Positions 18,443 to 30,344 of a DNA stretch of 64,000 bases are shown here, in pieces. The position numbers were made by a program, and so were the translations under genes. The stretch is from assembly GCA_044220955.1 (NCBI GenBank), contig JBGAQA010000005.1, positions 73,052 through 137,051 of the forward strand. The letters run 5' to 3'. Below the pieces are notes generated by a model. That model did not search any database. It was not told the DNA's origin and was given only the letters and a program-made list of their open reading frames with translations. The DNA comes from Sandaracinaceae bacterium (GTDB lineage: Bacteria > Myxococcota_A > Polyangia > Polyangiales > Sandaracinaceae). Within the stretch, counting starts at the first letter, position 1; the number at the start of each line of letters is the position of its first letter.

Positions 18443-19600
18443 ATGCCCAGCGCTCGCGCCTGGCTGCCCGCCCTGGCCACCCTCGTCGCGTGCAGCGGCT
18501 CGCGCGCGACGCCGGTCGAGCCACCGGCGCCGCCGCTTCCAGAGCCGCCGGCGCCGCTGCAGGACCGAACGTGCTGCGCCTTCGGGATGGATCTGCACGC
18601 CGAGCTCGTCGGCGTCGACGTCCCGCTCTTCGAGCTGGGCAACATCATCGACGTCAGCGGCCTGGGGGGGCACGTCTACGACCTGCGCGAGGACGTGCGG
18701 ACGCCCGAGCAGAACGGGCTCGTGTACACGTGCCGCGGCGGATGGATCGACACCGCTCACGTCCGCGACAGCGCGGACCAGGCCTTCTTCCTCACGCGCC
18801 ACCTCGCGCCCTTGCTGGCTCGCGGCGGCACGATCGTCGTGCCCGCGAGCGACACGTCCACCACGATCGTGGTGCGCGCCGTCGATCCCGACGTCCTCAC
18901 GCGGATCGGCGCCGCGCACGTGGCCGCCACCCTCGCACGCTGGATCGTCTTCCGGATCGCCGTCTGGCACGAGGCCGCGACCTGGTATGGCTACGAGAGC
19001 GTCCCCGGCTTCCCGGAGCGCCTCTCGGCGTTCTCGGTCGAGGATCTCTACTCGGACGCGCTGGGCGCGCGCCTCGGCGCCGAGCTCGGCGAGCGGCGCG
19101 ACGTGGCCACGGTAGAGCAGTACGAGGACGCCGCGCGGGTCTCGATCCTTCGCTCGCTCGAGCACCTCGCGGCGCAGCCCGTCGATCGGAGCCGAGCGAT
19201 CATGGGCGCGCTCGACGGGCGCTGGTGGACCTCGACGAGGCGCGTCCCGGACGTCCAGCTCGTGCTCCGGCGCGCGTTCCCGCCCGACGGGCGTGAGCTA
19301 CGACCGTGGCGGATCGAGGACGCCTTCCCGGGAGTCGCCGTCCCCGGTGGGGTCGGCGTGCCTTGCGCAGACGCGAGCGCGCGGACGGTGCACGTTCCGG
19401 ACGAGATCGGCGGCCTGCCGGTCGCGTCGCTCGTGGAGCTCGAGTGGCGCCCCGGAGCATGGGCCGACGACACCCTCTCGCTCTCCGATCCGGAGCGCGT
19501 GCTCCGCGGCTCGGACCTCGATGCGCTCGTCGCTCGCACGCACGAGAGCATGCGCGCCACGCTCGGCGACGGCTTCGATCGCCCCGACGGACCCGAGTGA
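18443..19600 (+). CDS. DUF4056-like lipoprotein
   Basis: Lipobox LVAC; R.CCAFG, GLVYTCRGGWIDTAHVRD.AD, WHE.ATWYG, SAFS.EDLYS. Confidence 0.75.
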   Translation: MPSARAWLPALATLVACSGSRATPVEPPAPPLPEPPAPLQDRTCCAFGMDLHAELVGVDVPLFELGNIIDVSGLGGHVYDLREDVRTPEQNGLVYTCRGGWIDTAHVRDSADQAFFLTRHLAPLLARGGTIVVPASDTSTTIVVRAVDPDVLTRIGAAHVAATLARWIVFRIAVWHEAATWYGYESVPGFPERLSAFSVEDLYSDALGARLGAELGERRDVATVEQYEDAARVSILRSLEHLAAQPVDRSRAIMGALDGRWWTSTRRVPDVQLVLRRAFPPDGRELRPWRIEDAFPGVAVPGGVGVPCADASARTVHVPDEIGGLPVASLVELEWRPGAWADDTLSLSDPERVLRGSDLDALVARTHESMRATLGDGFDRPDGPE

Positions 19601-19685
19601 TCTCGACGCGGCGCGTCACCGCTTCGAGCGCGCGATAGCTCACCCTGACCGGGCCGCGCCGCGATCTGCATGGTACGTCTCGCCC

Positions 19686-20831
19686 ATGACGACGATCGGC
19701 CACAGCTCGCCGAGCTCCTTCCCGCAGGGGCAAGGGCCCGTGCGCGGCGTCGATGCGCTCCCCGGCGACCTGCTCCTGCGCCTGCACGACGTGATGGTCG
19801 AGGCGCGCTGCCTCGAGGAGCGCCTGATCCGCATGCAGCGCGGCGGCGACGGCTACTTCTGGATCGGCGGTCCGGGCGAGGAAGCGTTCAACGCGGCGCT
19901 CGGCCTGCTCGTCGACAAGGGCCAGGGGCTCGAGCACGACTACCTGCACCTCCACTACCGCTCGAGCGCGACGCTGCTCGCGATGGGGGCCGATCCGATC
20001 GACGCGCTACGCCAGATGAAGAGCGTCGCGAGCGACCCTTACTCGGGCGGACGCAACTTCGTCGGGCACTACGCGGTGCGCGCGTGGAACGTCGTGCCGA
20101 TCACCTCGCCGATCGAGGTGCAGTACCCGCAGGCGATCGGGACGGCCGTCGCGCAGAAGCGCCACGGCGGCAGCGGCATCACGATCGTGCAGGGCGGCGA
20201 CGCGGGCAGCGCCGAGGGCGACTTCGCCACCGCGCTCGTGTGGGCGAGCCGCCCGGCGATGGAGCTGCCGATGCTCGTCATCGTGACGAACAACGGCTGG
20301 GGCATCAGCACTCCGGGGCACGAGCAGCACGGCGAGGCGCACGTCTCGGACCGCGGCAAGCCCTTCGGCATCAAGACGATGATCGTCGACGGCAACGACG
20401 TCGAGGCGAGCTACCGCGCGCTCGATCAGGCGATGCAGTACGTGCGAAACGAGCGCAAGCCGCTCGTGCTCGAGGCGTACGTGTCGCGCCTCTACGGCCA
20501 CAGCTCGAGCTCGGGCTCGAACTTCGTCGAGAGCGAGATCGACTGCGTCGCCGAGCTCGAGACGAAGCTCGTGTCGCGCGGTCTGCGCAGCGAGGCGGAG
20601 TGCAAGGCGCTGCGCGATCGGATCGAGAAGCGACTGCTCGACGCCTCGAAGATGGTGACGGCGGAGCCCGCGCCCGAGCCCGGGCAGATCTGGGAGCACG
20701 TGTTCGCGGACGAGGACCACGTCGGCAAGGGCGCGATCAAGGCGCCGCACGACAACAAGAAGTGGCGGCTGCCCGCCTGCGCGTTCCCGACGCAGAAGCC
20801 GGTGAAGGCGCCGCGGAAGACGGGGAACTGA
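19686..20831 (+). CDS. 2-oxoacid dehydrogenase E1 alpha subunit (probably branched-chain, Esg/Bkd-like)
   Basis: TPP-binding GDAGSAEGD...NN, HYRS, RLYGHSSS. Confidence 0.88.
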   Translation: MTTIGHSSPSSFPQGQGPVRGVDALPGDLLLRLHDVMVEARCLEERLIRMQRGGDGYFWIGGPGEEAFNAALGLLVDKGQGLEHDYLHLHYRSSATLLAMGADPIDALRQMKSVASDPYSGGRNFVGHYAVRAWNVVPITSPIEVQYPQAIGTAVAQKRHGGSGITIVQGGDAGSAEGDFATALVWASRPAMELPMLVIVTNNGWGISTPGHEQHGEAHVSDRGKPFGIKTMIVDGNDVEASYRALDQAMQYVRNERKPLVLEAYVSRLYGHSSSSGSNFVESEIDCVAELETKLVSRGLRSEAECKALRDRIEKRLLDASKMVTAEPAPEPGQIWEHVFADEDHVGKGAIKAPHDNKKWRLPACAFPTQKPVKAPRKTGN

Positions 20832-20833
20832 TC

Positions 20834-21997
20834 ATGGCGACGATGGTCCAGGCGATCCGCATGGCGCTGCACGTGGGCGAGACGCAGCTCGGCGTCACGG
20901 ACATCCTCGGCGAGGACGTGGGCCCGCCGCTCGGCGGCGTCTTCACGGCGACGCAGGGCCTCAAGACCACGTGGAACACGCCGCTCGACGAGCGCGGGAT
21001 CGTGGGCGCGGCGATCGGCCTGGCGCTCGCGGGCCAGAAGCCGGTCGCCGAGATCCAGTTCTGCGACTACGCGTTCAACACGATCGACCTGCTCAAGCTC
21101 GCCGGCAACACGTACTGGTCGTCGAACGGCGCGTTCAACGTGCCGCTCGTGCTGATGACGCCCGTGGGCTCGGGCATCCACGGCAGCCTCTATCACTCGC
21201 ACTCGTTCGACGCGACGGCGACGCGAATCCCCGGCTGGAAGATCCTGATGCCGAGCAACCCGCGCGACGCGTACGGGATGCTGATCTCGGCGATCGAGGA
21301 CCCGAACCCGGTGATGGTGCTCGTGCCCAAGGCGCTGATGCGCAGCAAGGCGAGCGGCCCGGACGAGCTCATCCCCGGCGAGCCGGAGGATCCGCGCGCG
21401 CTCGGCAAGATGATCGACGCCCCGATCGGCGACCGCGAGAACTGGGTGCCGGAGTGGCCGCCGACCGCGCTCGAGCGCGTGCCGATCGGCGTCGCGAAGA
21501 CGGTGCGCGAGGGCAGCGACGTCAGCGTGTTCGCGTACGGACGCATGGTGCAGCTCGCGAGGAAGGCCGCCGACGAGCTGGCCGAGAGCGGCGGCATCGA
21601 CGCCGAGGTGATCGACCTGCGCTCGCTGCACCCCTACGACTGGGCCGCGATCTCGAGCTCGATCCGGAAGACGACCCGCGCGGTGTTCGTCAACGAGGAC
21701 ACCGAGATCACCAACTTCGGCGAGCACCTCATCCGGCGCGCGGTCGAGGAGCTCTGGGACGTGCTGCGCACGCCGCCGGTGCTGGAGGCGGGCAAGCACG
21801 TCCCGGGCGTGGGCCTGGCCGACAACCTCGAGAACGCCAGCGTGCCCGGCCTTCCGTCGGTGAAGGCGGCGATCGAGCGCGCCATGCGCGGCCCCGAGCG
21901 CCCGGGCCTGTTCCCGCGGAAGCCGCGCGTCGCGATGGACTACACGCTGACGCACGAGCCACCGGGCTCGATCGCGACCGCCTACCGACACCGCTGA
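20834..21997 (+). CDS. 2-oxoacid dehydrogenase E1 beta subunit
   Basis: GEDVG..GGVF.ATQGL, NTPLDE, AEIQF.DY, HSHS, EVIDLRSL.P.D. Confidence 0.9.
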   Translation: MATMVQAIRMALHVGETQLGVTDILGEDVGPPLGGVFTATQGLKTTWNTPLDERGIVGAAIGLALAGQKPVAEIQFCDYAFNTIDLLKLAGNTYWSSNGAFNVPLVLMTPVGSGIHGSLYHSHSFDATATRIPGWKILMPSNPRDAYGMLISAIEDPNPVMVLVPKALMRSKASGPDELIPGEPEDPRALGKMIDAPIGDRENWVPEWPPTALERVPIGVAKTVREGSDVSVFAYGRMVQLARKAADELAESGGIDAEVIDLRSLHPYDWAAISSSIRKTTRAVFVNEDTEITNFGEHLIRRAVEELWDVLRTPPVLEAGKHVPGVGLADNLENASVPGLPSVKAAIERAMRGPERPGLFPRKPRVAMDYTLTHEPPGSIATAYRHR

Positions 21998-22036
21998 GCG
22001 CTCATCGAAGGACGTGTCGTGTAGGATCGCGCGCGG

Positions 22037-22615
22037 ATGTCCGACGATCCCACCTTCATCGACCCCAAGCCCGGCCCGCCGCCGGTGCCGGAGGAGGCGA
22101 TCAAGACGGACCCGGACAGCCCCTTCGCGCCGCCGCCGAAGGTCACCAAGGGCAAGTTCGCGCCGCCGCCGCCCGAGCCGGCGCAGCCGAGCAAGTACGA
22201 CTGGGGCAAGGTCTCGTACGGCAAGGCGCCGATCGCGACCGGGCCGCCGAAGGTGCTCGGCATCGTGTGCACCGGGTGGGTGCTCTTCACCCTCTTCCAG
22301 CTCTGGGTCTGGCTGCCCGAGGAGATCGTGGTCCCCGGCTGCCCGGGGATCGCCGGGATCGTGTCGCTCCTGCTCGCGGTGTACGCGTGGTCGGGCCGGA
22401 ACTGGGCGCGGATCTTCGCCATGATCAACGCGGCGGCGTGGGCGATCGGCGCGGTGATCCTCGCGCAGACGCCCTCGTACGAGCACCTCGCGCCGGGCGC
22501 CAAGCCGATCACGCTGCTCCGCGCGGCGTTCGAGATCTTCGCCGGCTACGCGCTGAACCGGCCCGAGTGCGTGGCCTTCTTCGAGCTCAGGAAGGGCTAC
22601 ACGCCGAAGTGGTGA
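22037..22615 (+). CDS. Membrane protein with a Pro-rich N-terminus and about 4 TM helices
   Basis: Hydrophobic segments with GRNWARI; GC3-rich codon usage. Confidence 0.65.
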   Translation: MSDDPTFIDPKPGPPPVPEEAIKTDPDSPFAPPPKVTKGKFAPPPPEPAQPSKYDWGKVSYGKAPIATGPPKVLGIVCTGWVLFTLFQLWVWLPEEIVVPGCPGIAGIVSLLLAVYAWSGRNWARIFAMINAAAWAIGAVILAQTPSYEHLAPGAKPITLLRAAFEIFAGYALNRPECVAFFELRKGYTPKW

Positions 22616-23631
22616 GGGTCCGCGCGCGCCTCCACGATGCGGCGCTCGCCGCGCTCGTGATGCTCCCGACGCTGGCCATCGCGCAGTCGACGGCGCCCGA
22701 GGCGCGCGTGCCGCTGAGCACCGGCTTCGTGCCCGATCCGGCCGTGCTCGAGGGTCACGCGCACGGCGCGCGCTCGCTCGCCGATCTCGGAGGCCACGAG
22801 TGCGCGGGCTTCGTCGGCGATCGCCCGAGCCACGTGATGAACCTCGACACGCGCTTCGGCTTCCTGCGCATCTTCGCCACGAGCCCGACCGATCTCGTGC
22901 TCGGCGTTCACGCGATCGACGCTTCGGGCCGGCCGGTGTGGCTCTGCAGCGACGATCGCTTCGACACGGCGCCGGGCGTCGAGGGCGTGTTCCCGCGCGG
23001 ACGCGTGGAGATCTGGGTCGGTACGCACACGCTCGGCGCGAGCGCCGACTACGTGCTCAGCTTCACCGAGACGCGCAGCGTGCGCCCCGGTATCGGCACG
23101 GGGAGCACCGCGGACGATCGCAGCGCCGCGACCGAGCTCGGCCTCGACACGACGGCGGGCCCTCGGTACGACGACATCCACGTCCACCGCGGGTTCTTGC
23201 CCGACCCGCGCTGGCTCGAGGGCGAGGCCGGCCTCGCGGTGGCCGCGGAGGGCGCAGACGCAGGCCCGGACGTCGAGCCCATCGAGGTGACGCTGCTCGG
23301 TAACGGCTGCGGCGGCCTCGTGCAGGCCAGCCCCGCGCACGTGGTCACGCTGCTCGACGACTTCGACTTCCTCCAGCTCTATCTCTGCGAGCCCGCCGAG
23401 GACGAGCACACGCGCTGCACGCCCACGCACGAGCCGCTCTCGATCGTGGTGCTCGCGCCCGACGGCTCGTTCCGCTGCGAGGCGGCCGACGAGTCGGTCA
23501 CCGCGCTCTCGCGCGGCATCGCCGAGGGCGGCTGGCCGGCCGGCGACTACCGCGTCTGGGTGGGCGTTCACCACTCGAGCACGCACGAGCGATACCGCAT
23601 GGGCATCAGCGAGCTGCGCCGCGTGCAGTGA
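22612..23631 (+). CDS. Secreted protein with two tandem GFxPDP beta-domains
   Basis: Signal ending in AIAQ; two repeats of GF.PDP..LEG...C.G.V...P.HV...G...IWVG; GTG overlaps the upstream stop. Confidence 0.65.
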   Translation: MRVRARLHDAALAALVMLPTLAIAQSTAPEARVPLSTGFVPDPAVLEGHAHGARSLADLGGHECAGFVGDRPSHVMNLDTRFGFLRIFATSPTDLVLGVHAIDASGRPVWLCSDDRFDTAPGVEGVFPRGRVEIWVGTHTLGASADYVLSFTETRSVRPGIGTGSTADDRSAATELGLDTTAGPRYDDIHVHRGFLPDPRWLEGEAGLAVAAEGADAGPDVEPIEVTLLGNGCGGLVQASPAHVVTLLDDFDFLQLYLCEPAEDEHTRCTPTHEPLSIVVLAPDGSFRCEAADESVTALSRGIAEGGWPAGDYRVWVGVHHSSTHERYRMGISELRRVQ

Positions 23632-23681
23632 GGGCCGGGCCTCGTTGCTCGTCCGGGGCGGCGCGCGGTACGGTTCGGGCG

Positions 23682-25037
23682 ATGCGTTCTGCCCTCGTCG
23701 CCCTCGCGCTGTCGATGGCCGCGTGCGCTGCGCCGACGCCGGCCGAGGTCATCGCGTCCGATCGGCTCTGCGCGCGCCTGGAGGAGGCGATCACCCGCGG
23801 GCGGCTCGCCTGCTGCGGCGCCAGCGGGCCCGCGGCCGACGATCTCACCGGCTTCGTCACGGGCTGCTCTCACCTCCGCGCGCTGGTCGACGACCCACGG
23901 GTCGGGCTGGACGGCGCGGCCGCAGCCGTGATCGTGGACGAGCTCGAGCAGCGCCTCGCCACCTGCGACGGCGCGTGGCTCGCGTGGGCGAGCTCCGCCG
24001 AGGGCCTGCGCAACCTCTACGCGGGCACGCGCGGCCTCGGGACGATGTGCGACGTCAGCACGGGGATGGCCGACGCCGCAGGGATCCTCTCGTGCGTCGA
24101 CGGCTACTGCCCGACGCGCACGGACGAGCTGGCGACGGCCTTCGTCTGCGCTCCCTTCCGGCGCGAGGGGACGTCGTGCGAGTCGGACCTCGAGTGCACG
24201 CCCGGCCTCGTCTGCTCCGCCTCGGGAACGACGCTCGGGGCGTGCATGACGCCCCACGCGGACGGCGCCGGCTGCGGCCAGGGCGCCGAGTGCCGCTCGG
24301 GATACTGCGCCTCCGGCCGCTGCAGCCCGACGTCCACCACGCGACCGGAGACGATCTGCGCACCCGCGGCGCCGCCCCCACCGACCGACCGCGACGTGGA
24401 GCTCGTGCTCGACGGCTTCGACGTGTCCCCGACGCGGACCGTGACGCTGCGCGTCCTCGACGCCGCGGCCCGTCAGCTCACGTACTTCGAGGCGATCGGC
24501 CTCGCGACGGCCAGCTCCACGCACCTCATCCCGAGGACCGTTCCCACGGGGATGACCGCGATCGCGCAGATCACCACCGTCGATCCCGCGGCGGCCGCGC
24601 CCGAGATGCGGACGTGGGAGCTCCCCGTCGCAGCCGAGGGGCCCCTCACTCTCGCGGTGGCCTTCTCCGATCCGACGACGCCGCTCGGCGCGATGCCGCC
24701 CGGCTCGATCGACGCGCTCTTCGAGCTGCAGCTCTCGAGCTTCGACTCGGAGCTGGGCAAGACCTTCCAGCTCCGGCTCGTGAACGCGAGCGGGCGCACC
24801 GTCGGGCAGGTGCGGCTCGACACGATCCCCGATCTCTCGTTCCGGATCGGCATCCCGGACTCCGTCGTCCCAGCGGTGCGCTACGAGTTCCTCATGTACG
24901 TGGACGAGAACGCGGACGGGGCGTACCAGCCGCCCCCCGTCGATCACGCGTGGCGCGCGTACGCGACGGCGCCAGGGCTCGGAGGGCTCTCACTGCCCTA
25001 CGCGTGGACCAGCGCCTACCAGGACGTCGCGTTCTGA
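23682..25037 (+). CDS. Cys-rich lipoprotein with C-terminal beta-sandwich domains
   Basis: Lipobox MAAC; Dickkopf-like C..D.EC..GLVC and C.SGYC..GRC; C-terminal YVDENADGAYQPPPVDHAW. Confidence 0.7.
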   Translation: MRSALVALALSMAACAAPTPAEVIASDRLCARLEEAITRGRLACCGASGPAADDLTGFVTGCSHLRALVDDPRVGLDGAAAAVIVDELEQRLATCDGAWLAWASSAEGLRNLYAGTRGLGTMCDVSTGMADAAGILSCVDGYCPTRTDELATAFVCAPFRREGTSCESDLECTPGLVCSASGTTLGACMTPHADGAGCGQGAECRSGYCASGRCSPTSTTRPETICAPAAPPPPTDRDVELVLDGFDVSPTRTVTLRVLDAAARQLTYFEAIGLATASSTHLIPRTVPTGMTAIAQITTVDPAAAAPEMRTWELPVAAEGPLTLAVAFSDPTTPLGAMPPGSIDALFELQLSSFDSELGKTFQLRLVNASGRTVGQVRLDTIPDLSFRIGIPDSVVPAVRYEFLMYVDENADGAYQPPPVDHAWRAYATAPGLGGLSLPYAWTSAYQDVAF

Positions 25038-26455
25038 TGGCGGCTCGGCTGGCCGTGCTCGTCCTGCTCGTCGCGGCGTTCCCTGGCTGCTCGGCGCTCG
25101 GCCTCTTCGACGCGATGCCCGCGACGTCGTGCGTGCGAGACGAGGACTGCCAGGTGCCAGGCCTCGTCGAGGACCCCTGCGTGCGATTCACGTGCAACCT
25201 CACGTCGCGCTTCTGCGTCGGGAGCCTCGTGGACCACGACGGCGACGGGCAGGCGCCGGTCGGCTGCGCGAGCAGCCGCTTCGCCGCCCTCGGGAGGGCC
25301 ACCGACTGCGACGACTCCGACACGTTCACGTACGCCGGCGCCGTCGAGGTCTGCAGCGCGACGGACAACGACTGCGACGGGGCCGTCGACGAGGACTGCC
25401 TGCAGCCGCAGCTCACCACCGGTGCTCTGCACAACTGCTATCTCGCCGGGCCGACGCTCGTGTGCTGGGGGGCCAACCTGCACGGCGAGCTCGGGACGGG
25501 GATGCCGATGGAGTTCGGCGGGCACCCGCGCAGCGTCGTGGGGATCAGCGACGCGACGAGCGTCGTCGCCGGGCTCGACGCCACCTGCGCGACGGTGCGC
25601 GACGGGCGCGTCTTCTGCTGGGGCAGCGACGAGCACGGACAGCTGGCCGTGACCGGCGTCGCGCGGCGGCTCGCGCCCGTGGAGGTCCCTGCGCTCGAGG
25701 GCGCCTCGCACCTCGCGCTCGGCAGCTCGCACGGCTGCGCGCTCCTCGCGGGCGACGTCGTGTGCTGGGGGCGGAACGAGGCCGGGCAGCTCGGGGACGG
25801 CACGACCGACGATCGGACCGTCCCCTTCGTCGTGCCCGGAACCCACGGGGCGCTCGACGTCGCGGCCGGCGCCGGAGCGAGCTGTGCCGTGTTGTCCGAC
25901 CGGACCGTGACTTGCTGGGGCACCGGCGCGGTGCGCACGGGCTGCGGGGGCTCGACCACGCCCTGCCCCGTTCCTGGGCTCACCGGCGTCACGGAGGTCG
26001 CGATGGGGGTGGGATACGCGTGCGCCAGGCGCGGCGCCGAGACCGCCGTCTGCTGGGGCGACGACACCTACTACCAGCTCGGCAGCGTCGAGGCCGTCGC
26101 CGGCGGGCCTGGCATCCACCCGATCGAGTTCGCGCTGGCGCCGGACGCGCTCTCGGCGGGCGCGTTCCACGCGTGCTTGCTCTCGGGCGGGCACCTCTGG
26201 TGCTGGGGCAACGACACGGCGCATCAGCTCGGTCTCGACGTGGGGGCGACGTTCCAGGTGTCGCCGGTGGCCAGCCAGGTGAGCCTCGACGACCTCGTGG
26301 ACGTCGGCGCCGGCGCAGCGCACACGTGCGTGCTGCGGCGAACGGGCGACGTGCTCTGCTGGGGACTGAACGACTGGGGCCAGCTGGGAGCGATGGCGGA
26401 CGCCTTCGAGGTCGTTCGGCCGCTCGCGACGTGGGTGAGCGATGGTCGCCCCTGA
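25037..26455 (+). CDS. Lipoprotein with a MopE-like metal-binding repeat and an RCC1 beta-propeller
   Basis: Lipobox FPGC; DCDDSD...GAVEVC..DNDCDGAVDE; repeated HxC.....V.CWG.N..GQLG. Confidence 0.85.
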   Translation: MAARLAVLVLLVAAFPGCSALGLFDAMPATSCVRDEDCQVPGLVEDPCVRFTCNLTSRFCVGSLVDHDGDGQAPVGCASSRFAALGRATDCDDSDTFTYAGAVEVCSATDNDCDGAVDEDCLQPQLTTGALHNCYLAGPTLVCWGANLHGELGTGMPMEFGGHPRSVVGISDATSVVAGLDATCATVRDGRVFCWGSDEHGQLAVTGVARRLAPVEVPALEGASHLALGSSHGCALLAGDVVCWGRNEAGQLGDGTTDDRTVPFVVPGTHGALDVAAGAGASCAVLSDRTVTCWGTGAVRTGCGGSTTPCPVPGLTGVTEVAMGVGYACARRGAETAVCWGDDTYYQLGSVEAVAGGPGIHPIEFALAPDALSAGAFHACLLSGGHLWCWGNDTAHQLGLDVGATFQVSPVASQVSLDDLVDVGAGAAHTCVLRRTGDVLCWGLNDWGQLGAMADAFEVVRPLATWVSDGRP

Positions 26456-27388
26456 CCGGCACCGCGTCGCGCTCGCGATCGCGCTCGGGATCATCCTGGC
26501 GACGAGCGCGGAGGGCGCGCTCGCGCAGACGGATGCGGCCGAGCCCGGCGTGCCCGCCGACCCGCCGGAGCGGATCGAGGCGCGCCAGCGCTATCAACAG
26601 GGCGTCGTCTTCTTCCGCGGCGAACGCTACCGTGAGGCCATCGCCGAGTTCACCGCCGCCTACGCGGCGTGGGACAACCCCCTCATCCTCTACTCGCTCG
26701 GTCAGAGCTACGAGCACCTGCTCGAGGTGCCGCGAGCGATCGACGCCTACACGCGCTTCCTCGCGGCGGTCCCCGAGGACGACCCACGCCGGACGGAGGT
26801 CACGGCCAAGCTCGACACGCTCCGCCTCCTGCTCGCGACGCTCCACGTGGACGCGAACGTCCCCGCGACGATCTGGATCGGCGGCGAGGAGATGGGGACG
26901 GCCCCGGGAGACGTGCAGCTGGCGGTGGGGCGCTGGGACGTGGAGGTGCGCGCCGATGGCTACGAGACACACCGCGAGACCATCTCGCTCGCCGCGCGCG
27001 CGACCGAGACGTTGAGCGTCGTGCTCGCTCCGGCGCACACCACGCGGGTCATCGAGCGTGGCGGCGACGTACCCTTGCCGGTCTTCGTCACCCTCACGGT
27101 CGCGGCGCTGCTGGCGACGGGCGCCGCGATCGGCCTCGGGGTCCACACGTTGGATCTGAGCCGCGCGTACGCCGGACCTCCGATGGGCACCGTCGCGGAC
27201 CAGGCCGCGGGACGTACCTGGTCGACGGCGACGGACATCGTGGGCATCAGCGCGGGCGCGCTCGCCATCGCCGCGTTCGTCGTGGCGTTCCTCACCGACT
27301 GGGACGGCGAGGCGGCCTCGCCCGCTCCCGTCCGTGCAGGGCTGGTCGCGACGCCCGACGGTGCGATGCTCTGGCTCGGAGGGACGCC

Positions 27389-27392
<4 letters not shown>
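26442..27392 (+). CDS. Secreted TPR + PEGA domain protein with a hydrophobic C-terminus
   Basis: Signal ending in ALAQ; AR.RYQQG..F....Y.EAI.EF..AY TPR; PEGA (G.APG...L..G...VEVRADGYE); C-terminal hydrophobic hairpin. Confidence 0.82.
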
Positions 27393-29038
<1,646 letters not shown>

Positions 29039-29071
29039 GCAACGAGGCCGTGTTGTCGTAGGCTCGGGCGC

Positions 29072-29467
29072 GTGACCGACCCGCTACCGCCGCTCCCGGA
29101 GCGCGAGACGCTGCGCCTGCACCAGGCGAACGAGCGCACGCAGCTCGCGTGGGTGCGCACGGCGCTCGCGATGATGGGCTTCGGCTTCGTGGTCGCGCGC
29201 TTCGGCCTCTTCCTTCGCGAGCTCGCCGCGGCGCGGGGAACGCCTGTCCCGCCGGGAGCTCCGGGGTCTCTCTGGGCCGGAATCGCGCTCGCGGCGCTGG
29301 GCGTCGTGACGGTGCTCGCATCGATGATCCGGTTCCGGAGCACGGCAGCCGCGATCGAGCGCCACGACGTGGGCGCCCCGACCGGCACGGCGTGGATCTA
29401 CGGGGTCGGGGCCGCGATCATCGTGATCGGAGTCGCGATCGGCATCCTTCTCGTCGCCGCCCGCTGA
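29072..29467 (+). CDS. DUF202 (YidH-like) membrane protein
   Basis: [21 protein letters not shown]; 3 TM helices. Confidence 0.88.
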   Translation: MTDPLPPLPERETLRLHQANERTQLAWVRTALAMMGFGFVVARFGLFLRELAAARGTPVPPGAPGSLWAGIALAALGVVTVLASMIRFRSTAAAIERHDVGAPTGTAWIYGVGAAIIVIGVAIGILLVAAR

Positions 29468-29496
29468 ACAGATCTCCGAAACCGCTGCGCCGCGGC

Positions 29497-29802
29497 TCAG
29501 CGTGGCAGCCGCGGGCGACCACGCCGCGGCCCGCCCCAGATCGCGATGACGTGAACCACGGACGCGTCGCGGTCGACCGTGAAGTACACATGGTTGCGTG
29601 AAACCTTCAGCAGGCATCGGTACACCGGGCCGCGCTTGCGCACGAGTCTCGCTGGCAGCGGGCTCGTCGACAGCGACCCGAACGCTTCCGCCAGTTCAAC
29701 CCTGAACCGATCCGGCGAGTCCGGGCGGTGCTCGCGCCACCAAGCTTCGATCTCCTGCGCCTGCGCGAGCGCCTCGGGTCGTACGGTGACGACGAAGCTC
29801 AC
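29497..29802 (-). CDS. Type II toxin, RelE/ParE superfamily
   Basis: V.VRPEA..Q..EI..WW......DRF..EL..A...L...P...R.LL....HVYF.V....V.VIAIWG; about 101 aa; GTG overlaps the antitoxin stop. Confidence 0.75.
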   Translation of the reverse strand: MSFVVTVRPEALAQAQEIEAWWREHRPDSPDRFRVELAEAFGSLSTSPLPARLVRKRGPVYRCLLKVSRNHVYFTVDRDASVVHVIAIWGGPRRGRPRLPR

Positions 29803-30038
29803 GGGCGCGCGCGAAGCGACGCGATGACCTCCGCGGCGGGAATGCCGGGCAGCCCCCCCGCAATCTCGGCGAGGCCCCGGTCGATACACGCCTCGAGCTC
29901 GGCGCGCTCTGCGGGCTCCATGTCCTCGAGGCTGTCTGCTTCGTCGACGATCAGGTCGAGCTCGGTTCCATCCGGTAGCTCGGTCGGCTCATCGACCAGC
30001 ATCCGCCCGTTCCGCACCCGCGCTCGAACCGTTCGCAT
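29799..30038 (-). CDS. Putative antitoxin (AF2212/DUF104-like N-terminus, ParD-like C-terminus)
   Basis: 79 aa, acidic; MRTVRARVRNGRMLVDEPTELPDGTELDL then IDRGLAEIAGG..IPAAEVIASL; directly upstream of the toxin. Confidence 0.7.
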   Translation of the reverse strand: MRTVRARVRNGRMLVDEPTELPDGTELDLIVDEADSLEDMEPAERAELEACIDRGLAEIAGGLPGIPAAEVIASLRARP

Positions 30039-30107
30039 GACCCCACGGTAGCACGCGATCCCGCCTGTCGGCGCGCACGCGCATCGCGACGACGAGCGAC
30101 CGTCACC

Positions 30108-30341
30108 TCACATCGTGTGGAAGAAGCGAGCAGTCTGTGCCGCCAGGTCGACCTCGATGATCCAGTGCGACGGGTCGATCACCTCGCCGGGCGCCGTCGG
30201 AATGCGGAACCAGAAGCTCCAAGAGTCCCCGCGCCCGTTGCCTCGATCGCAGTGTGGCTCCGTGCCGGTCTGGCCCCGCAGGAACGCAATCGCGATCGTG
30301 CGCGCGCGCTCTTCCGCCTCGCGCTCGCGCCGCCGAGCCAT
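30108..30341 (-). CDS. Small hypothetical protein immediately downstream of rel
   Basis: 77-aa ORF starting 3 nt after the rel stop; helix then beta-like WSFWF and WIIEVDL. Confidence 0.5.
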   Translation of the reverse strand: MARRREREAEERARTIAIAFLRGQTGTEPHCDRGNGRGDSWSFWFRIPTAPGEVIDPSHWIIEVDLAAQTARFFHTM

Positions 30342-30344
30342 ACG

